Part shown: positions 55,246-64,000 of the stretch, one piece after another
Layout: each line of letters starts with the position of its first letter
Numbering within the stretch: the first letter of the stretch is position 1
Assembly (NCBI GenBank): GCA_964593065.1
Contig: CAZQGO010000001.1
Span: 268,565-332,564 of the forward strand
Length of the DNA: 64,000 nucleotides
Source: an uncultured bacterium
Lineage (GTDB): Bacteria; Oederibacteriota; JAAXVQ01
Reading direction: 5' to 3'
Program-made: the position numbers and the translations under genes
The notes under the pieces: model-generated
What the model was told of the DNA's origin: nothing
Seen by the model: the letters and a program-made list of their open reading frames with translations, nothing else
Database searches by the model: none

Positions 55246-56136
55246 TCACCCCAGGAAATAGCCTAGGGCGAGCAGCAGGTCGGTTCCCAGCACCACGCCG
55301 ACATTGGCGGCCAAGGCGGGAAGCATCCGTTCCCACTCGGAGCCATGTTGCCAGGCGGTCCGGGCGGACCGGTAGGCCAGGGGCAGGGTCAAAAACGCCA
55401 GCAGCACCGTGGCCGGCAACCGGCCCAGGACCACGCCTAGGCCCAGGAGAGCATAACTGCCGGCCAGGGCCGCCGTGTACACCCGGGCCGCGTTCCTCCA
55501 CCCCAGGAGAATGACGAGATGTGCCCGTCCCCCGCGGCGGTCCGCCTCGGCGTCCGGGAACTCGTTGAGCAACAGCAGCAGGGAGGTCAGGATTCCGGGA
55601 GTGAGCGACAGCCATACCACGGAGCCGGTCAAGGTTCGGGCCTGGACATAGTAAGTGCCCAGAACGACGAAGGTTCCCAGGCAGAGGCCGGCCATCAGTT
55701 CTCCCAGGCCCCAGCGGGCCAGGTGGGTGGTATAAAACAGGATGACCAGGCCGCCGGCCAGCATGAACGCCAGTACCGGCCAGCCCGCCACCCAGGCCAA
55801 ATACAGTCCCGAAAAGAAGGCGCCGAGCAGGGCTGCGAACGCAGCCACCCGCACGGCACGGGGCGTGGTCGCGCCCTGCTGGAGATTGCCGCTGCCCCCC
55901 GAGAAGGGCGTGCGGCGGGTATGGAGATCGATGCCCGTGCGATGGTCCGACAGCTCGTTGAAGAGGTTGACCGCCACGTGCGCCAGTACGATGCCGAGCA
56001 TGGCCAGGCCGAACCGGAGCTGCATGAAGGTTCCGTCCCGGTAAGCCGCCGCTCCTCCGATCAAAACCAGGAACACCGACAGGAGTAAAAAGGGGGCGCG
56101 GATCTGGGCTGCCCAGACTTGCAACCCTTTGGGCAT
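55246..56136 (-). CDS. UbiA-family prenyltransferase (MenA-like)
   Basis: GGAGG RBS. Polytopic, with first Asp-rich motif NLFNELSDHRTGID and second NEFPDAEADRRGG. Confidence 0.82.
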   Translation of the reverse strand: MPKGLQVWAAQIRAPFLLLSVFLVLIGGAAAYRDGTFMQLRFGLAMLGIVLAHVAVNLFNELSDHRTGIDLHTRRTPFSGGSGNLQQGATTPRAVRVAAFAALLGAFFSGLYLAWVAGWPVLAFMLAGGLVILFYTTHLARWGLGELMAGLCLGTFVVLGTYYVQARTLTGSVVWLSLTPGILTSLLLLLNEFPDAEADRRGGRAHLVILLGWRNAARVYTAALAGSYALLGLGVVLGRLPATVLLAFLTLPLAYRSARTAWQHGSEWERMLPALAANVGVVLGTDLLLALGYFLG

Positions 56137-56157
56137 TCTGGCCTCCGTTTCGGCCCC

Positions 56158-56179
56158 GGCCGGCGGTTCGCCGCCGGCC
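56158..56179 (-). promoter_or_regulatory. GC-rich hairpin in the 5' leader of the UbiA-family gene
   Basis: GGCCGGCGG-ttcg-CCGCCGGCC, a perfect 9-bp stem with a tetraloop, 22 nt upstream of the start and just upstream of the GGAGG RBS. Confidence 0.5.
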
Positions 56180-56292
56180 GAAACCCGTGGTCGTTGCAGA
56201 CAAAACGCACTTTCAATTGCTCAATATGTATATTATGATACCGCATAAAGCAAGCAAAGAAATTCCAGACTGAAAAAGCGGCGGGAGCCCTC

Positions 56293-56874
56293 ATGAGGAT
56301 TCAGGCAGCCAGGTTCATACTCGTCCTGCTGATGCCCTTAGCGATGTTTTGGTTCCGGGGGGGGATCGCCCGGGCGGAGGAATCCCCGGTCCCGGCGGCG
56401 GCTGCCGCGGAGGGCGGGACCGCCACGGCCGCCGTCGCCGCGCCGGTTTCCCCCACGGCTTCCGCGGGCCTGGAAGAGACGCCCGCCCCCGAGCCGACGG
56501 CCGGCGACATCAGCGTGATCGTCACCGGACTGCGCAGCGAGCGCGGCGTGGTCCGGGTTTCGCTGTATGCCTCGCCCGAGGGTTTTCCCAACGACGCGAC
56601 CAAATCCCTGGTGTCCCTGCAGGCGGGAATCGTGGGCGGCCAGGCCCGGGTGGTATTTCGGGGCGTGGAACCCGGGACCTACGCCGTCAGCGTGTTGCAC
56701 GATGAGAACAACAACCGGAAGCTGGATACCAATTTTCTCGGCATGCCCACGGAAGGCGTAGGTTCCACCAACCGCGCCCAGGGCCGCTTGGGACCTCCGC
56801 GCTACGAAGATTCCACCTTTGAACACGGAAATCAAAATACTCATCTCAAACTCTCCGTAACGTATCTCTTCTAA
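56293..56874 (+). CDS. DUF2141 family secreted protein
   Basis: Signal peptide. The sequence ISVIVTGLRSERGVVRVSLY...FPND...HDENNNRKLDTNFLGMPTEGVGSTN matches my recollection of DUF2141. Confidence 0.7.
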   Translation: MRIQAARFILVLLMPLAMFWFRGGIARAEESPVPAAAAAEGGTATAAVAAPVSPTASAGLEETPAPEPTAGDISVIVTGLRSERGVVRVSLYASPEGFPNDATKSLVSLQAGIVGGQARVVFRGVEPGTYAVSVLHDENNNRKLDTNFLGMPTEGVGSTNRAQGRLGPPRYEDSTFEHGNQNTHLKLSVTYLF

Positions 56875-56911
56875 CCCGGATGCGTTCCGCCCCGACCGCA
56901 GGGCTCCGTCC

Positions 56912-56947
56912 CGCGGCACAGGGGATACTTTCCGCGCGTTTTGTTTT
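56912..56947 (+). terminator. Intrinsic terminator candidate after the DUF2141 gene
   Basis: CGCGG-15 nt loop-CCGCG followed by CGTTTTGTTTT. The stem is short. Confidence 0.35.
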
Positions 56948-57082
56948 CCATCCTTGCCAAACCCAAACAGGTCGCGCAGCAACAGCGAACCGATCCCAAA
57001 GCGCCTGGGGCCTTACCGGTTCAAAGCCAGCCCGAAAAGAGGCGGGAATACTCGGCCCTTCCCCGGCCCAAACTGAGAAGGG

Positions 57083-58606
57083 TCAAATTTGCAGATTCTT
57101 GGAAATGTAGGGAATCCGGTGCTTTTTGGATATCAAGTTGGCGGTGATGCGTCCGGATTCGTAGATGGTGGGCAGGCCGCTGCCGGGGTGGGTCCCGCCG
57201 CCTACCAAGTAGCAGTGGCCGAGTTCCTCGAAGACATTGTGAGGACGGTAATACAGCATCTGGGTCAGCTTGTGCGAGAGATTGAAGGTCGCTCCGTAAA
57301 AAATCCCATAATCGCGCTCCCAATGCTCGGGAGTGATGATGCGTTCCTGCTCGATGTGCCGTTCGATATCCTGCATGGGGGTCCTGCGGGCGATGGTTTT
57401 CAGCATCAGATCGCGGAACCGGTCCTGCTCCCGGGACCAGTCAATGCCGCTGGACTGGTTGGGAACGGGCACGAGCACGTAAACTGCCGACTTCCCGGGA
57501 GGCGCCAGGGTGGAGTCGGTCACGCTGGCGTTCCGGATGTAGAAGGAGTTGTCCTCGGACAGATGTTTGGTTTTAAAGATGTTTTCCACGTTCTTCCGGT
57601 AATCGTCCGCAAAGACGATGGTATGGTGCCCGAGGGAAGGATACAGGGTATCGAGGCCCAAATAAAGCATGAAGGTCGAACAGGAATAGTCGCGCCGCTT
57701 CAGGCTTTCGCGGCTCCAGGTCCGCAGGACGCCGTCCGGGACCAGGGTGGACATGGCGTGGGCGAAATCGGCGTTGAGGATCACCTCGTCCGCGTGCACC
57801 TTTTCGCCCGATGGCAATTCCACGCCCCGGACGCTGCGGCCTTCCAGCCACAATTGCTTGACGGGCGTGCCCAGTTCGATGCGGCCCCCGTGTTCCCGGA
57901 TCACGTCCGCCATGCGCTCGGAGATGACGCTTAAACCGCCGGTCACGTGGTAAACGCCATATGCGTGCTCGATGTAGGATAAAAGGCCGAAGGCACCCGG
58001 ACAATCCCAGGGAGACATGCCGAGGTATTTGGCCTGGAAGGTGAAGGCCAACCGGGCCTTTTCCGGGCCGAAATAGTCTCCCAGCACGTGGATGAGCGAC
58101 CGCCCGAGCGACAGGTGGGGCAGGGCCCGGCGGAACTCCTTGGAGAAAAACTGGCCCACCGAGGAGTAGTCTTTCTGCAGGCAGGGGTACATCATGTCGA
58201 AGCGCCGCTTTTCCACGCGATAGTACTTGTCCAGCCCCTCGCCCGTACCGGGGAAAACCCTTTCCAGCTCGCTCCGCATGGTCTCCCGGTCCGTGGTCGG
58301 ATTCAGGTCCCGGTCGGAAAAGCGGAGATGGTACATGGGTTCCAGGCGCGTGAATTTCAGGTAATCCCCGCTGCGCCGCCGCGATTCCTCGAACACTTCG
58401 TCCAGGATATCCTTGAGCATCAGGAAGGTCGGACCGGTATCGAAGACGAAATCGCCGAGACGGAGGGCCGCGTTGCGGCCGCCGACCGCGGCGGCTTTTT
58501 CGAAAAGGGTGACTTTGAAACCGCGGCTGGACAGCAGCATGCCGGCGGTCAGGCCCCCCGGCCCCGCGCCAATGATGACAATATGCTTGGATTTACCGGA
58601 AGCCAT
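57083..58606 (-). CDS. Phytoene desaturase (CrtI) family FAD-dependent oxidoreductase
   Basis: GGAAGGA RBS before ATG 58606. FAD motif IIGAGPGGLTAG and C-terminal GGGTHPGSGLP typical of the CrtI/CrtD family. Confidence 0.85.
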   Translation of the reverse strand: MASGKSKHIVIIGAGPGGLTAGMLLSSRGFKVTLFEKAAAVGGRNAALRLGDFVFDTGPTFLMLKDILDEVFEESRRRSGDYLKFTRLEPMYHLRFSDRDLNPTTDRETMRSELERVFPGTGEGLDKYYRVEKRRFDMMYPCLQKDYSSVGQFFSKEFRRALPHLSLGRSLIHVLGDYFGPEKARLAFTFQAKYLGMSPWDCPGAFGLLSYIEHAYGVYHVTGGLSVISERMADVIREHGGRIELGTPVKQLWLEGRSVRGVELPSGEKVHADEVILNADFAHAMSTLVPDGVLRTWSRESLKRRDYSCSTFMLYLGLDTLYPSLGHHTIVFADDYRKNVENIFKTKHLSEDNSFYIRNASVTDSTLAPPGKSAVYVLVPVPNQSSGIDWSREQDRFRDLMLKTIARRTPMQDIERHIEQERIITPEHWERDYGIFYGATFNLSHKLTQMLYYRPHNVFEELGHCYLVGGGTHPGSGLPTIYESGRITANLISKKHRIPYISKNLQI

Positions 58607-58853
58607 CGCGAACCATCCTTCCTGACAGGATCGTACGGCTGGGAACACGATGAAATTTATTCATGCTACCCATTTTTGGTTCATAAATCAAGCAGGGATT
58701 CGTTCCGGCCGTTCCGCAGGGTCCGACGGGGAAGGTGAAAATTAGCCAAAATTGAATTTCCAAATATCCGGGATGTTGTTATACTTTTCGACTCCGAAAG
58801 AAATCTGTTCTTCCGACCCCGGAGGAACGCCTTCATTTCAGGAGGTGTCCCAC

Positions 58854-60437
58854 ATGCGAAAGTCCCTGCTGTTCCTGGGCGGGTTGATGATCCTCGCCAC
58901 AGGCCCGGCCGCCGCCGGGAGGGCCTGGGCCCAGACCCAGACCCAGACGGATTACAGCGCCTACGAGCAGCTGCCCTGCAGCCAGTTTATTTCCGAAACC
59001 CTGACCCGGGATCCCGGGTTCAATCAGGCCTTACAGACGTATCTGCAGGCCAAATATGCGCGCGTGTCCGCCCGGGCCATGGCGGCCTGGACTCTGGGCG
59101 CCAGCGCCGGTGTGGTTCATTCCGAATCCACCAGCGGCATTTCCTTCGAACCCGAGACCGTGGACGTGCGCACCTACGAGCTCAGCGTGCAGAAGTTGTT
59201 TTTGGAGACGGGGTCCAGGCTGACCCTGTCGCACGCCAACTCGCTGTCGCGCCTGGCCTACGCCGCGAGCGAACCCTACGTCCTGGACCTGGGGCCGGGG
59301 ATGGCGCCGCTCGTGCTGGATTTCGGGGGCCTGGCCGACACCTCGCCCGAGACCAGCACGCCGAACATCGCCGTGTCCCTGGTTCAACCCCTGATCAGGA
59401 ATGCTTTCGGCTTGGCGGACCGCTTTCCCCTGCAGGCCGCATCCTTGCAGACCGAGGCGGCCGAACTGGACGCGCAGGAAGCCTGGGAGAACCGCATCGC
59501 CGAACTGTACAATGCATACTTCAGCTGGGCGGCCGCCTATGAAAACGTCCGAGCCTTCCAGGAAATCGTTATGGACCTGCAGCGCCTGCTGGACCAGGTG
59601 GAACGCAAGGTTCAGGCCGGCGTGGCCGAGCGGACCGACCTGTTGCGCACCCAGGAAAACATCCTGCAGACCCGCAGCCAACTGATCCAAGCCGAAGGCA
59701 ATTTCAAGAACGAGACCGTCCGCATCGCCTACCTGCGTGCAGGCCGGGACGTCGCTCCCGGGGACATACCGCGGGTGCGTCCCATCCTGGAGAGCGGCCT
59801 GCAGCCGGACCCGGCGGATGCCGAGGCCCCGGAGGCAGAACGCGTGGATCGCTTGCGCCTGTTGCGGAAACTGGACCTGCTGCACCGGCAATTGGAAGAC
59901 CGGATCGCCGTGGCGGAGAATTCACGCTTGCCCTCCCTGGACCTGGTCGGCAATCTAACCTGGAAAGGGCGCGCGGACGATGCGGGCGGCGGCTATGGGG
60001 AGATCAACAGAAAAGACTACAGCGTCTTGCTCCAGGCCCAGTATCCCTTGGGCGCCGAACAGGGAAGAGGCGAAACCGGGCAGGCGCAGGCCGGCCTGGC
60101 GGAGCTCGAGCGCTCCCGGGAAGCCACCCGGCGCGATTTGACGCTGAGCCTGGTCCAGATGGAGGAAAGCCTGCGGAACCTGCGGGACGTGCTGGCCTTG
60201 AACCGGGAACAGGAGGCCAGCGCCGCGGAAAAACTCCAACTGGACGAGCGCAATTACCGCATCGGCCGGCTCGACACCTTTTACCTCATCGATTCCACCA
60301 ACAACCTGACCCAAGCGCGCCTGCAGCGCATCCAGACCCAGATCCAGCTGCAGCGCATGCTGGTGGCCTACCGGTCCTTGGCCGACCAATTGCTGGCCCG
60401 GTTTCCGGAAGTGGTCCAGGCGTTGCAGGGCGAATAG
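58854..60437 (+). CDS. TolC-family outer membrane efflux protein
   Basis: AGGAGG RBS, signal peptide MRKSLLFLGGLMILATGPAAA and two OEP-type repeats. Confidence 0.82.
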   Translation: MRKSLLFLGGLMILATGPAAAGRAWAQTQTQTDYSAYEQLPCSQFISETLTRDPGFNQALQTYLQAKYARVSARAMAAWTLGASAGVVHSESTSGISFEPETVDVRTYELSVQKLFLETGSRLTLSHANSLSRLAYAASEPYVLDLGPGMAPLVLDFGGLADTSPETSTPNIAVSLVQPLIRNAFGLADRFPLQAASLQTEAAELDAQEAWENRIAELYNAYFSWAAAYENVRAFQEIVMDLQRLLDQVERKVQAGVAERTDLLRTQENILQTRSQLIQAEGNFKNETVRIAYLRAGRDVAPGDIPRVRPILESGLQPDPADAEAPEAERVDRLRLLRKLDLLHRQLEDRIAVAENSRLPSLDLVGNLTWKGRADDAGGGYGEINRKDYSVLLQAQYPLGAEQGRGETGQAQAGLAELERSREATRRDLTLSLVQMEESLRNLRDVLALNREQEASAAEKLQLDERNYRIGRLDTFYLIDSTNNLTQARLQRIQTQIQLQRMLVAYRSLADQLLARFPEVVQALQGE

Positions 60438-60446
60438 GAGGGCCGG

Positions 60447-63400
60447 GTGAACATCCTCAACTATTTCATCGGCAAGACCAAGCTGGTCAACATGCTGACC
60501 ATCGCCATCCTGATCCTGGGCCTGATCTCGGTCCAGAAGATCAAACGCGAAGCCTTCCCCAAAGTGGATTTCGACATCGTGTTCGTCGTGACGATTTACC
60601 CCGGGGCGGCGCCCGAGGACGTGGAATTAAACGTCACCCTGCCCTTGGAGGAGCAGATCCGCGGCGTGGCCGGCATCGACAAGGTGGAATCCGTGAGCCG
60701 GGAAGGCTATTCGAGCGTGCAGGTGACCCTCGACCCGGACATCCTCGACAAGGAAAAAGTCAAGCAGGACATCCAGAAGGCCGTGGACCGGGTCATCGAC
60801 CTCCCCTCGGAGGTGGAGAATCGGCCGGTGATCTGGGAATTGAAAACCGACAACTTCGGCATCATCCAGGTGGCCTTGTCCTCGGACCGGTTGAGCGAAC
60901 AGGAGGTAAGGCGTTTCGGCCGCGAGCTCAAGAAAAAGCTCGAGGGCCTGCCCGCGGTGGCGCGGGTTGAAACCCTGGGGTTTCGGCAACGGGAAATCCA
61001 GATTCTGGTGGACCTGGCCAAACTGCCCATGAATTACCTGTCCTTGAGCGACATCGTAAGGCTGATCAGTTCCCGCAACGTGCGGATCCCCGCCGGAACC
61101 GTGCGCGGGCAGGCCGAGGCCAAAAGCGTGGTCACCGAAGCCAAATTCCGCACTCTCGAGGACGTGCGCAACATGATTCTCCGCACCAATTTCGAGGGCC
61201 AGCGCGTCCAGGTCAAGGACATCGGCCGGGTGGAGGACACCTTCGAGGAGTACCGGGACCTCATTAAAATGAACGGGGCTCTGGGCGTGACCCTCGAAGT
61301 CATCAAGAAAACCAACGCGGACGGGCTCCGGACCGTCGACCAGGTCAAGGAGGCTGTGGAGTCCTTCCGCCGGAAGGCGGGAGACGATCTCCAGATGAAT
61401 TACGTCATGGACACTTCCCGCGCCACCCGCAGCATCCTGCGCATTGTCTCCACCAATGCCTTGCTGGGCATGATCCTGGTCGTGGCCACGCTCCTGCTGT
61501 TTCTGAATTTCCGGACGGCGCTCTGGACCGCGGTCGGGATTCCGCTGTCTCTGGGCCTCACGTTGTTCATCATGGTGCTGACCGACGTGTCTTTGAGCGC
61601 CAACTCCCTGCTGGGCATGGTGATCGTCCTGGGTATGCTGGTGGACGACGCCATCGTGGTGGCCGAGAGCATTTACCGCTACCGCCTCCAGGGCTACTCA
61701 CCCCTGGAGGCGGCCCGGGAGGGCCTGCGGGTCGTGGCCGCGCCCGTGCTGGTGACCGTGGTGACCACCATCCTGGCCTTTGCACCCTTGTTCCTGCTTC
61801 CGGGCATCCCGGGAAAATTTGTGCTGTCCATTCCGCTGGTCATCACCTTTGCCCTCTTGGCCAGCCTGTTTGAGTGCTATTTTATTCTCCCGAATCACCT
61901 GACCAGCCACGTGCAGAAAAAGCCGGGGAACCCGGACCAAGGCCTGCGGGAAAAACGCTGGTTTCCACCCCTCAAGGAAAAATACCTGCGCCTGCTCAGC
62001 GTCGCCCTCCATCACCGCGTGATCCTGATCAGCATCTTCGTGGTTCTTTTTCTCGGCTCGTTGGCCTTCGCCTTCACCCGGATGAAATTCGTGCTTTTCC
62101 CCCAGCAGTCCATCGAGCAAACCGTGTGCTATATCGAGGCGGAGCGGGAAACTTCCCTGGCCAAGATGGACGCCCTCACGCGCCGCCTCGAAACCGTATT
62201 GCGCCGACAGCCCCGGGGCGCCCTCTCCTCCTTTACCACCCAGATCGCCCGGGGACGTTATCAAATCCCGGACAATGAAAACGTGGCCACCCTGACCCTG
62301 AATTTTCCGCCCGCTGCCCAGCAAACCTACGACCCGCACCGGGTCAATGCGGCCCTGCAGGCGGAAATCGCGAAGATTCCGGAGTTCATCAAGGTGCGGT
62401 TCGAAAACCAGCAGAGCGGCCCGCCGGTCGGCGGCGACGTGGAGATCAAAATCATCGGCAACGACAACCGCCAGCGCGCGGAGATCGTGGAGCGGACCAA
62501 GGCCTGGCTGCAGGCCATCCCCGGCGTGACCGACCTGGAAAGCTCGGACAAGGCCGGAAAGCCTGAATACGCCCTGGAGTTCGATTTCGAGAAATTGGCG
62601 CGGTACGGCCTGAACGCCCTGGACGTGGGGCTGACCGTCCGCACCGCCCTGGAGGGCAGCGTGGTGAGCCGGACGTACACGCCGGACGAGCGCATCGACT
62701 ACCGCGTCATCCTGCAACCGCAGTACCGCCGCAGCCTGGACACCATCCGGAAATTGTACGTCACCAACCAGCAGCAAAACCTGGTTCCCATCACCCAGGT
62801 GGTGTCCCTGAAGGAAAAAACCACCATCGCCAAGATCGATCATTTGAACGGCGACCGGGTCACGACCCTAATCGCCAATTTGGATAAAAAGCGCGTCACG
62901 CCCATCGAGGTCAGCGCCAAGATCAACCGTTACCTGCCCGAAATGCTCGGCCGATATCCCGGCTTCCGGTATGAACTCGGGGGCGAAGCCAAGGAAAGCC
63001 AGAAATTTTTCGCCGAAATCAGTCTGGCATTTCTCTTCGCCCTGCTGGCAATCTACTTCATCCTGTCGCTATTATTCAACTCCCTGCTGCAGCCTTTCCT
63101 GGTCATGATCGCCATTCCTTTCGGCATCGTGGGCGTAATCTGGACCTTCTATTTCCACGGCCTGGAATTCTCCTTCCTGACGCTGATCGGCGTGGTGGGG
63201 TTGTCCGGCGTGGTCGTCAATGATTCGCTGGTCATGGTGGATTACATCAACCACCTCATCCGGGAAAAGGGATGCAAGTCCTTCGAGGATTACATCGGGG
63301 CCGTGGTCGAGGGCGCCGGCACGCGCCTGCGGCCGATCATCCTGACCTCGGTTACGACCATCGCGGGCGTCATGCCGACGGCCTACGGCCTGGGGGGATA

Positions 63401-63623
63401 CGTGGAGTCCATCGCGCCCATGGTCCTGGCCATCGGCTGGGGCATCCTGTTCGCCTCCACCCTGACCCTGTTCCTGCTGCCCGGGTTGTACCTGCTGGAG
63501 GTGCAGTTTGAAATGAAAATATCCCGCTGGTTCCCCTGGATGCCCCTGAAAACGCAGTGCGACCTGCCGGTGGCGCAGATCGCACGGAACAAGGCGTCGC
63601 GGGCGCGGAAAAACCCGGCTTGA
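60447..63623 (+). CDS. RND efflux transporter (AcrB/AcrD/AcrF family)
   Basis: GTG start 9 nt after the OMF stop. 1,058 aa with 12-TM/2-large-loop RND architecture (IYPGAAPEDVE, GMLVDDAIVV, GVVVNDSLVMVD). Confidence 0.92.
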   Translation: MNILNYFIGKTKLVNMLTIAILILGLISVQKIKREAFPKVDFDIVFVVTIYPGAAPEDVELNVTLPLEEQIRGVAGIDKVESVSREGYSSVQVTLDPDILDKEKVKQDIQKAVDRVIDLPSEVENRPVIWELKTDNFGIIQVALSSDRLSEQEVRRFGRELKKKLEGLPAVARVETLGFRQREIQILVDLAKLPMNYLSLSDIVRLISSRNVRIPAGTVRGQAEAKSVVTEAKFRTLEDVRNMILRTNFEGQRVQVKDIGRVEDTFEEYRDLIKMNGALGVTLEVIKKTNADGLRTVDQVKEAVESFRRKAGDDLQMNYVMDTSRATRSILRIVSTNALLGMILVVATLLLFLNFRTALWTAVGIPLSLGLTLFIMVLTDVSLSANSLLGMVIVLGMLVDDAIVVAESIYRYRLQGYSPLEAAREGLRVVAAPVLVTVVTTILAFAPLFLLPGIPGKFVLSIPLVITFALLASLFECYFILPNHLTSHVQKKPGNPDQGLREKRWFPPLKEKYLRLLSVALHHRVILISIFVVLFLGSLAFAFTRMKFVLFPQQSIEQTVCYIEAERETSLAKMDALTRRLETVLRRQPRGALSSFTTQIARGRYQIPDNENVATLTLNFPPAAQQTYDPHRVNAALQAEIAKIPEFIKVRFENQQSGPPVGGDVEIKIIGNDNRQRAEIVERTKAWLQAIPGVTDLESSDKAGKPEYALEFDFEKLARYGLNALDVGLTVRTALEGSVVSRTYTPDERIDYRVILQPQYRRSLDTIRKLYVTNQQQNLVPITQVVSLKEKTTIAKIDHLNGDRVTTLIANLDKKRVTPIEVSAKINRYLPEMLGRYPGFRYELGGEAKESQKFFAEISLAFLFALLAIYFILSLLFNSLLQPFLVMIAIPFGIVGVIWTFYFHGLEFSFLTLIGVVGLSGVVVNDSLVMVDYINHLIREKGCKSFEDYIGAVVEGAGTRLRPIILTSVTTIAGVMPTAYGLGGYVESIAPMVLAIGWGILFASTLTLFLLPGLYLLEVQFEMKISRWFPWMPLKTQCDLPVAQIARNKASRARKNPA

Positions 63624-63677
63624 GGCTCCGGAGCTTCAGGCAGCCCGACGGGCGTAATCCGCGGCGGCGGGCGCCGG

Positions 63678-64000
63678 CTAGCGCCGCAGCCGCTTGCCCA
63701 GGAGGACGACCAGGTAGGCCAGCGCCGCGACCAGGATGATGGTGGGACCGCTCGGCAGGTTGTGGACGTAACTGATGCCCAGGCCGAGAGTGACGAAGAG
63801 CGCGCAAAACACGATGGCTAAAGCCACCATGTGCCAGATGCGCCGCGAGAAGTGCTCGGCGACGGCTGCCGGCAGCGTCAGCAGGGCGATCACCATGACG
63901 ATGCCCACCACCCGCACCATGAGCACCACGGTCAAGGCGGTCAGCAGCAACAGCAGCAGGTAAAACGCTTCCACCCGGACGCCCCGCAAGCGGGCGAATT
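63678..64000 (-). CDS. Metal ABC transporter permease, ABC-3 (ZnuB/MntB-like) family, C-terminal part (gene runs off the window)
   Basis: TALTVVLMVRVVGIVMVIALLTLPAA...GPTIILVAALAYLVVLL matches the C-terminal helices of ABC-3 permeases. The ORF is open to the window edge. Confidence 0.75.
   Translation of the reverse strand, partial: FARLRGVRVEAFYLLLLLLTALTVVLMVRVVGIVMVIALLTLPAAVAEHFSRRIWHMVALAIVFCALFVTLGLGISYVHNLPSGPTIILVAALAYLVVLLGKRLRR

Noticed and set aside
1-64000. Search for CRISPR arrays, tRNA/rRNA genes, transposases, integrases or prophage genes
   Set aside because: I saw no regularly spaced short repeats, no cloverleaf-like or rRNA-like sequence, and no transposase or integrase motifs in any ORF. 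The giant gene therefore does not sit on an obvious mobile island.

Overview
GC-rich bacterial chromosomal segment with about 50 genes. It comes from a diderm, probably anaerobic organism, judging by a four-subunit pyruvate:ferredoxin oxidoreductase, TolC-type outer-membrane factors, a porin, and RND and ABC-2 efflux systems. From left to right the window holds: recR; porGDAB plus a radical-SAM activase-like gene; an 11-kb minus-strand phosphate (Pho) supercluster (NptA-PhoU fusion, DUF2905, phoU, pstBACS, porin, phoR, phoB) with a recurring CTAAC-N6-CTAAC direct repeat that looks like the local Pho box; c-di-GMP genes (PAS-GGDEF-EAL, PilZ); a small redox cluster; a secreted beta-helix protein with a T9SS-type C-terminal domain; patatin; a TetR-TolC-HlyD-ABC-ABC-ABC2-ABC2 efflux operon; Sir2/CobB; a pseudouridine synthase; a UbiA/DUF2141/CrtI-like trio; and an OMF-RND pair. 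The outstanding feature is one uninterrupted 14,694-nt ORF (38923-53616, 4,897 aa). It is not a repetitive adhesin and not an NRPS/PKS. It reads as a membrane-threaded mosaic of enzyme-type domains: a TraB/ChaN/Tiki-like domain, a JAB-like motif, a protein-kinase-like domain, two tandem copies of an [HExxH membrane protease + HemK-like methyltransferase] module, a third Rossmann-like segment, a HEAT-like region, and a pyruvate-phosphate-dikinase-type ATP-grasp plus phosphohistidine swivel domain lacking the PEP/pyruvate barrel. A 190-nt in-frame direct repeat brackets that last cassette. I recognised no rRNA, tRNA, CRISPR array, transposase or integrase. All domain calls come from motifs read by eye and need HMM or structure confirmation.
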